NCBI GenBank assembly: GCA_951406725.2
Contig: OX597820.1
Location: 85,312,001 to 85,376,000, forward strand
From: Octopus vulgaris
Taxonomy: Eukaryota
Direction: 5' to 3'
Length of the DNA stretch: 64,000 nucleotides
The notes beneath the pieces were generated by a model. That model did no database searches. It was given only the letters and a program-made list of their open reading frames with translations, and had not been told where the DNA came from. The translations under genes and the position numbers were made by a program. Position 1 is the stretch's first letter. Each line of letters begins with the position of its first letter. Below, piece by piece: positions 55,106 through 64,000 of this stretch.

Positions 55106-55924
55106 ATTCTTTCTCCCCCTATCTGTTTTTCTATATTGTTCTCTTTCTCATTCAATTTTCTCTTCCTCTTTTTTCCCCTTTCTCTTACCACTTATTGTTT
55201 TCTGATTTCCTTTTTCTTGACTTCCTTTTTCTAACTCACAACAACTAAATTATACATTTATAAATACGCATGGAGACTTATTATGTATGTATATTTATGT
55301 ACGTAGATACCTTGCAATATACAACAGTAAGTATATATATATATTGCCTGTATTTGTTTGTATATGTATGTAGGCATCTACCAACGTTTGTATGTTTATT
55401 GTATATATATGTATGATAAACTTAGATAAACTTAGATATGTTTCGACCAAAGATTGGTCAAGGCCATGTCTAACTTAATAGCACCACCTGAGTATTTTTG
55501 GTATATGTTTCTAAAAGTTAATGTATATGTATTTTTATGATGTTAGTTCTTTGGAAGTGAATATTTTTGGTATAAATGAATATAAATTTAAATTTATTTT
55601 ACCATTAATTAATTTACCCTGAGTATAAGGATTTTCCCGTCTACTAATGCTAATTTTTGATTTAAGGTTTACTTCGATTTTGAATAAGATTTTAAATCAT
55701 AATTTCAATTTTATATAACCCGTTATAAGACCGTTAGTTGAAGGGACCAATGAAACAAAAAAGCAAGTTCAAATGTGTATCTATCACTGTATTGCATATT
55801 TATACATATAACCTTATTTTTTGTTCCATTCTCAACCAAAACTGTCCGACGAACGTGAAACACTGACTAACCGTTTGGTTTCAAGCTTTATTAAACACAC
55901 ACATATATGCATATATAGGGAGAA

Positions 55925-56100
55925 TTCACACACACAAAAAAGACGAAGACAGGTGGTGTAGAAAGCAAAGAGATGCATTAATATAACGCTCGGGAAGTGG
56001 AAAAGTGTTTTACGTTTCGAGCCTACTTTCTTCAAGAGAAAGGGACACAGAAAGAAACAAGGATAGAAAAAAAATTGTGTAGTGGCTACCGATCTATCAA
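55925..56100 (-). mobile_element. Solo terminal segment of the PLE family at 14511-14710 (includes hammerhead-like motif at 56007-56044)
   Basis: aaaagacgaagacaggtggtgta..gtttcgagcctac..gaaagggacacagaaagaaacaagg..tgtgtagtggctaccgatctatca aligns with 14533-14707. Confidence 0.8.
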
Positions 56101-56139
56101 CGAACTTTTCGAAAAAATTTTTCTTTTCAATATTTTCAT

Positions 56140-56320
56140 TTTTTATGTTCTCGTTTCTCATTTTGTTCACGTTTACGTCCTGTACTCAACTATGCATGTA
56201 TATATATACATATATATGTAGGTATGTACATATATGTATGTATATATGCATATATTTATATATTTTTTTATATTATTATAAGATCGAACGCCACGCATTC
56301 ATTTCCAAGTACGTTTTATC
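56140..56320 (+). repeat. Repeat family P end-to-start junction copy
   Basis: tttctcattttgttc..gtcctgtactca..gtaggtatgtacatatatg..gatcgaacgccacgca joins the end of the 49540-50182 copy to its start. Confidence 0.75.
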
Positions 56321-56337
56321 TATCTATCTATCCATCA

Positions 56338-56387
<50 letters not shown>

Positions 56388-58003
56388 CATCCAATATTTG
56401 CTGTAGTTATTTAACAGTGTCTATGTACTTATGTATCATGTTTTCTTTAGATCTATGTATCTATTGTCTTTCTCACTTTCTCTCTTTCTCGATCACTTCT
56501 TATGTGTCTCTTCTCTCTCTCTCTCTCTCTCTCTCTCGCTTTTAATTTAGCAATGTGTATATGTATCTATACTATCAACTTTTCTTTCGATCTATGTATC
56601 TACTATTCTTGCGATGGGATAAACATTGAAAAACACAAAACAAACGCCATCACCGCTCACTATTCCTCTCACTCTTTCTCTTTTTCTCTTTTACTCTCTA
56701 TTATTCTCACCCCTCTCCAGTTTTGCCACTCACTTCTTCCTTTGAAGTAAGTGTGACACTCTCTACAGGTACGTATGTATAGAAAGAACACGTTGGCATA
56801 TTAATATTATTGATAATTAATATATTTGGAAAATTTATCTATGAGCTTTTAATTTTCGTGCTGACTTGAAAAAATCATGAATGATTTTATCCTTTGTTAT
56901 ATAATTTATATTTATTTACATATATGGATTTGTTTATTGATATATATATATATAGGCGTTGTATCCATTCACGGTTAGACGATGATGAGAGGAACAAACA
57001 CACACCCACACACATATATATATGTGTGTGTGCGTCTATACAAACATATATGTAAATATGTATACAACCTTCAGCAAAGTAACAGTCATGTACACAACTT
57101 GAACGGACACATGCCAGTACACGGACATACGTTCACATACACATACACATGTGCACACTCTCACAGACACATCTGTCCATTCTCCTAGACACTCACATAC
57201 ATACGTAGCACATGAATACAAACATACATACATACCTACGTATGGGCATACACACGTACATACGCACGTACATGTACGTACACACATACATGGGCACATG
57301 CACACGAGCGCGTATACATACATACGCACATGCGTACGTATGTACATACACACATACATACACACATACATACATACATACATACATACATACATACATA
57401 CATACATACGCACATACATACATACATACGCACAATAGTAAAACAATAGTTCTGTGATATAGAGATAAAATTCTGATAATAGATTTTAGGGTATAGTTTT
57501 GGGAGTAAGCGTCATAAATCACTTTCTAGCTTCGGCCGTAGGAAGTTGAAACTTGATAGCTTTGTGATGAGTGGTCACTCTACATCCATCCATCGCTACA
57601 GGTTTATAGCTTTATGTTTTATAGAGTGTATGTGCGTGCATATACGCACACATACATATATACATACATACATACATACATACATACATGCATACACAGG
57701 CCTATGTGCGTACATGCATACGTACATACATACACACATGTATGCATACATACACACATACATACGTACATATATATGACGAACTAACAGTTACTTTCTT
57801 AGATGCAGCACGGACTTTGTCAGTGAACAGGTCGCAGATTTTAGCGACGAAAATATTTTGACAAATTAAACTTAAATGTTGAAGTGAATCGAACGGCTTT
57901 TGTGTGTTTCTTAAATGGCTTATAAAGACCTTCCACGCTGCAATTGTTTTCGTTTCAGCACACGATCTCAGATCAAATTACTTCCTATGCGAGTACATCT
58001 CCG

Positions 58004-58073
<70 letters not shown>

Positions 58074-58329
58074 CCACCGTGGGCCACTGCATCGAACACT
58101 TTGAACATATACTTCAAACTATATATCAACTATACATGAACTCTAAGATGTCTGACTCCGTTGTGTATTATAAATGAATTTCTTGTGTCTGACGACATGA
58201 GCTGTCTTTTTTTATATATAACTTTTTTTGATAAAGTTCATTTCAGGAACTGAAACATGTTATAATGTATATATATAAAAATTAAAAATTGTATAATACA
58301 GCAGCATTTTCGAACTTCATTTTTTACAA

Positions 58330-58360
<31 letters not shown>

Positions 58361-58724
58361 CATATACATGCATACATGCATACATACATACGTATATACG
58401 GACGTTCGAGTATGTATGGTCAGATTTCTATCGGTTTCAACGACGGATAGATAAATATTCAATCTGTGATGAATTGTATTAAATATCCTCTTTGATTTAT
58501 AATTTGCAATCCACGTCCAATACATATATATGTATATGCGTAAATGTGATTGTATGTGGTGGTGTTTGCCTGCATAGAAGATGCATACGTATAATTGCGA
58601 GAAGAATGTCAGAAATACCAAGGGACATCTGCACTTAGTAATTGCGTGTTGATAAATTCTGATTATACGTAATTATATAAGCAGAATCGTTTTATACTCG
58701 AACAAAATACCTGGTGGTATTTCT

Positions 58725-58885
58725 TAAACGTTTGCGTTCAAAACCCACCAAGTTTAACTTTGTGTCTCTTCCTTCCGGGGATGATAAAATAAAGTATCGC
58801 TCGAGTACTAGTGGCAGTGTGATTGGATAAGTCACTCACCTGAAACGATACAATTAATAACTTTGTGTCTATATTAGAAAGTATT
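58725..58885 (+). mobile_element. Degenerate SINE family A copy
   Basis: cgtttgcgttcaaaacccaccaag..aactttgtg..ccttccggggatgataaaataaagta. Confidence 0.5.
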
Positions 58886-61525
58886 GTTATTTCACTATTC
58901 ATAGATCCTAAATCGTATAGGTAATTGCATCAAAAATAGAGGCCTAAGCATTCAGCAACTTCCAAATGGACACTTAAATAGACAATGCAGAATAACTTGG
59001 GAAGCGTCTATTCCTGTGGAAGGGCATTGATGTTTGCAGTATCTCTATTACTCTCCTCATTAAAACGTAACTTAATATAAATGCAACGATCACATCGAAT
59101 CCCCACTTGTTCTTCCCCAATGTTCAATCATTATAATGGTTTCCAACTGTGTTATATCCGAGCAAATAGCAAGGATTATTATGAACAAAACCACCATTAG
59201 CTTGATATCGAACTGATACTTCCTCGTCGTTGTTCCTATTTAGGCTAGATATTTAGAAATAGATTTCTATTGATTAGATATTGCTGTTTTAGTGCGGCAA
59301 CATAGCAAGAGACAAACATCATTTATCCGTACACATTGCATTGTAACAAAAGTCCGGTTTTTATGATGGCGCCATCAGTTTCAATCCTTCAGAGTAATAT
59401 AACCTTTGTATGGCATACAAACAGTGCAGAGGATATGAAGAGAAAGAAAAAAAGTATTAATGTTGCGAAGTGCAATGCGAAGAGAAACATATTATATTTG
59501 CGGAGGCGACGCTAATAAATTGTCATGGAACATTTACAGTACCCATAAATGGTTTATGGTTCCCGTTAGAATGAAATTGTTTGTTCAAACACACTCTTGA
59601 ATATATACATATATGTATATATGCGCAAATATACTGCACTTAGCCATGGGCGTATGAGAGAGTGTGTATGTGTGTGAGTATGTGACGTGAGCATAATATC
59701 ACTTATATACGCCCCTGACATACGTATAGTACATCTTCTCCACAAAAACCCTAAGATTCGAAAGTATTAACCTGTTTATAAAAGATAAATTTAAATGAAT
59801 ACGAGAGTCTTACAGCGCGTGGGATTGATCACGCTTCTCTAGTTTTTCTTCTTTCTGTTTCTCAATATTTGCAAAGGAGAACCTACTCACAAATGTTTGT
59901 CTAATTGAAACCAATCTATTTGAAATTAATTTCAACCCGACCCTCTCTGCTCACGTCATTGGGCAATCTTCTGTAGATGATATATCCGTATCTATAAAAG
60001 TGTGAATTCTTTGTCGATAATGACAACAAAGTGTTTAGGTTAAAAAAAACTACACCCATCTATTGAAATATATTGTACTCACACGTATAAATCGCCATGT
60101 GATTACTACAATATCATATTTAATTGTTGGGAATAGCATAAACACAGTCATAAAAACAAAGACATTTAACAGGGAGATGATGAATCTGTAATTTACGACT
60201 ACCCTCTGGAGCTGATAACAACGCTACATGATAACAACGCTACATTCGACTATATCTGGAGTTGATAATTCCCAAATTAGACAGTAGTTTTACACACAAA
60301 AATTTTGAAAATGTATAAGTTAGACCAAAGTTTCTCGACCCATTTTGACCAAACGTCCCTTTTGAGCCTTGGAGTCAGAAATGCCCCCCCCCCCAGAAAA
60401 TATTTATATTTTTTTAATATACTATTTATTTTGATATCGGCAGATGATGATTAAAAAATAAAGGACGTCGCTTAACATATGCGCTTACTCGCAGTTGGGG
60501 GTACAGATGTGCAAATTGAAAGGCCAAAAAAAAAAACGAAATAGCGAATTTAAAGTTTGGTAATTGCATTTATTTACACCACGCGACACTTACAAGATCA
60601 ACGTGTTGTCTGTCGAAAGAGTGCTTGTTGAGCAAGTAAATGCCAATGAAATCAATTCAAACCTATTCGATTTCCCTTATCAATACAGCTAGAACTTGTG
60701 CAACAATCTGACATATATCATTGTCACCCAAGAAGATGATATTTTATGCTCAAGAGAGTGTATTTGATAGAAATTGTTGAAATAAATATGTACATTATAT
60801 GAGTAGCAAATTGTGGAGGATGCTATGCACGGTACTTGTATCTATTTAGTTTGAGTCACAAAATCAGCCCTCTTTTAAAATGACGTAAAAAACCTGAAAA
60901 TTTGTTATATTAAACATTCATTTCTAATTCAGAATCTAGCTTCTTTCATTCACAAAATCTGAATTTTCAAAAGGAAGTAAAATATCTGAAAATTGGTTAT
61001 CTTGATGCAGTTTACCGCGCTTATTCCTATGAAGCCATGAAATTCTGGAGAAAAAATTTGCCAAACACAATTCTTTTCTCTTCAAAAATTTCAAATAATT
61101 TTTTAAAATACCTCACAATCAAATTTGCGTAAATATGTGTGCCTGAAACAGTAGTTAAAAATTAAGGAATTTGATTGTTAGGGGATCTCTTATGACTGAA
61201 TTTTATTTCATTATTCTAATATCTTCTGAAACTTATACATATACATGTATAAATGCATACAGAAACATACAAATATATTCACAGATACATTTTTACAGAG
61301 TTAGTTTTATATACATCCTTGTATATATACATAAGTATTTTGGCATATCTACATAATTATGCCCCAGAGATTTGCTTCCTCATAACCTTGAGAAAATTAA
61401 ATATTTATTTTTTAGAAATATGCTTCAGATCATGTAGATTCCGAATAAACGAATAATTGGAATTTATTGTAAAAACCGTTTGTCTCTAAAGGAGATTTAG
61501 AAAATTCACACCATTGGGCTTTATG

Positions 61526-61587
<62 letters not shown>

Positions 61588-62035
61588 TATATACGTGGGT
61601 GTGTACGTATTGTATTAATCATATCAGTATAAAGGCACATACATAAAAAAACTAGCACACCGACGGTTACGACAATCACATGTATCCAAATCTTCTTCAC
61701 CACTCTTCCAACTTCATTTTCCCACTTAAAAAGAAGGCTATCGACAACTTGACCAAAAAGTTGTACCTCTGCACGGCTGCCTGCCTGCTGATATTCCTGA
61801 TGGACATGCATGTCACTGGCATTTCACATATGAAGTCCAGGATAATATGAAAAAGTCTGTTTTAGCATGTGCTTACATATTTTTAAGCGCTTAAAAAATA
61901 TGTAATCAAATATGTGATTTGAAGAAATAATATGTGATATGTAAATTAATATATATATTTTTCATATACAACCATCCAGCATTCTGAACGTCTTTTTCTT
62001 TCATATGTATTAAATCTGTACATCAACCCCAACAC

Positions 62036-62098
<63 letters not shown>

Positions 62099-63064
62099 GT
62101 GTGTGTGTTTGCTAGTGTCTGCTTTAGCTTTAGGTTTTATTTACTTATATACATCAACAAATGACCTAATGAGGTACTCTCTGTGTGGTTGTTCAATTTG
62201 TTAGAAAGAACAGCCAAATCTCCCTCATATTATGTTCTTGTTAGTATAAAGGAAAGGGTAAATTTTTACTACTCTCCACCATTACAATTAAAATTAATAT
62301 TTTTGAATTTGTTCGGCTCCATGAATTATTTTTTTGTAATGCTTCTGTCCATTGCTTGATACAGAAAAGTGAAAATCCTGACCAAGACAGAGAAATTCTA
62401 ACTTTAAAACAAAGTATAGAAAGAGAAAGAAAAGTTACTGTTTTCCAAAGCTAAAAGGTATGTTTTTAGCTAGGGTATAATTTTATAATTAAAATAAATT
62501 CAAAATTTAAATTTCAGAACAATAAGATTTACTATGTTATCTGGTGAAAAGCCGCAGTTCAAATGAGTACAAAGCCTAAAACAAATGTGTGGGGAGAGTC
62601 TTTAATAGGCAGAGGTCAATTTAAGTTCAGTCACAGAATGGAATTCAAAGCGGCAACACACGAAATCATATACATACAAACATACCCATACATACACATA
62701 CATACACAAATACCTACCTATCAGCCACTGTCAAGTGCCAATTTGATACAAAATTTTGACCACCATTCTTAATATATTTACTCACACACACACATACACA
62801 TACACACACGCACGCACACATATACATACACACACATACACATTCAGCTTTTCGCTTTTATTCATTACTTTTTCTACTTTTAATCGTCTGTCACTATTCA
62901 TCTAGTTCTAGGTTTTGATTTTTGGGTTTCCCTTTAGCGACACCAGTTACACATGTGAAAATATATACTCGGCAATTTCAAATTAAACTCGTCCTTAGTA
63001 GGTGTGTTTGTTTCATTTGAAGTCACCGAGGAAAAACAATTTGACTTTGAGGTGAATGATGGCG

Positions 63065-64000
63065 CGGATCTTTTCCTTTTGATGGATGGAATTTTCTAGT
63101 TAACTAAACAATTTGAAACTTCGTATACTGGTAGAATGTGTCAAAAGAAAACATTATTGTTAACAAAATTAAAAACAAAATTGTAATTTCTAATTTTAAC
63201 GTAGTTTAATGATTCGAATTTTAACCAATGAAATCCTAGCATTTGAGCTCAAGCCATTTGCTGCGTCTAAAATCTCACACACACACGTCTTATTCATCCT
63301 TGTCTTTTCTGTCTTCTGCATGTGCTAGAAATAACAGCTATATCTCTTAAATCGATGAATTTCGTCGCCCAATAAAAATATTAACGATATTTTTTGAATA
63401 TTTTCTTTCTTTTTTTTTTTACCGAAAAGGCTTCTCCCATGGTTTTGAAGGGCCAGAAACAACAAAAACAAAACAATAATATGCCTAAAGCGGTCTAGAG
63501 TTTGCGCGTAGAGTGTGAGTCGTAATGTAAAAAATTGCGAAATATTTTTTTCAGAAAAAGATGCCCCAGCTTGTCGGAAGCTGTGATATAAATTGGGAAA
63601 AAAATCCTCGACACCAGTGCGTAATTGGTACTTAATTTATCGACCCCGAAACGATGAAACACTGACCCCCCTTCTGATTTATTTACTATGTGCTTAATTA
63701 ATTACTATGTGCTTGTGCAAATGTATATGCATGTGTTTGAGAGAGAGAGAGAGAGAGAGAGAATATGTGTGTGTGCAAGTGTACGTGTCTATGTATCTGA
63801 ATGTGTGTGTGTGTGTATGCGGCATGCGTCTGCTATGTTTCTTTATCGATATCGATAATGCAGCAAATGATTTGAGCTCAAATGCTCGGATTTCATTGGT
63901 TAAAATTCGATGATGCTGGGATTTCATTGGTTAAAATTCGAATCATTAAACTACGTTAAACTTAGAAATTACAATTTTGTTTACAATAATGTTTTCTTTT
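63065..64000. mobile_element. Long-TIR non-autonomous DNA element (MITE-like); right TIR runs off the window
   Basis: 63142-63265 (aaaagaaaacattattg..acaaaattgtaatttctaa..ttaacgtagtttaatgattcgaattttaaccaatgaaatcc..gcatttgagctcaa..catttgctgc) is inverted at 63860-64000. A SINE-A fragment lies inside at 63610-63660. Confidence 0.7.

Noticed and set aside
55430-55500. Hammerhead-like GACC..GGTC-GAAA-cata-TC on the minus strand (and a similar hint at 5305-5345)
   Set aside because: No recognisable CUGANGA core at the required position.
61521-61811. 96-aa minus-strand ORF in unique sequence
   Set aside because: Short, ends in microsatellite, and has no recognisable motif.
62364-62457. Exon-like segment (tacag..aag/gtatgt)
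   Set aside because: Splice-like ends, but all three frames contain a stop and there is no supporting neighbouring coding exon.

Overview
AT-rich, microsatellite-saturated eukaryotic intergenic or intronic DNA, most likely from an Octopus genome (inferred from the SINE families and the dense (TA)n/(TAA)n/(CATA)n tracts). No host protein-coding gene can be supported; most ORF-track entries are microsatellite or SINE artefacts. The window is a transposon graveyard dominated by Penelope-like retroelements (PLEs). One is a nearly intact Neptune-type element (41001-44880) with a 5'-truncated ORF1, an overlapping RT+GIY-YIG ORF2 joined by a U_UUU_UUU -1 slippery site, and a 3' terminal region carrying CCAAT/TATA/Inr-like motifs and a minimal hammerhead ribozyme. 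There are about 8 further PLE fragments (Neptune- and Nematis-like), several with hammerhead-like motifs. Also present: R4/Dong-like RLE retroelement fragments, an RTE fragment, a full-length degenerate mariner, a Chapaev3-like DNA transposon, a Gypsy integrase remnant, a long-TIR element and many tRNA-derived SINEs. Most notable are the apparent two-ORF frameshifting PLE, a tRNA-headed SINE carrying a PLE-type hammerhead, a head-to-head hammerhead palindrome, a circularly permuted ~700-nt non-coding repeat, and apparent partitioning of element families among different microsatellites. All calls are by eye; no database searches or RNA folding were run.
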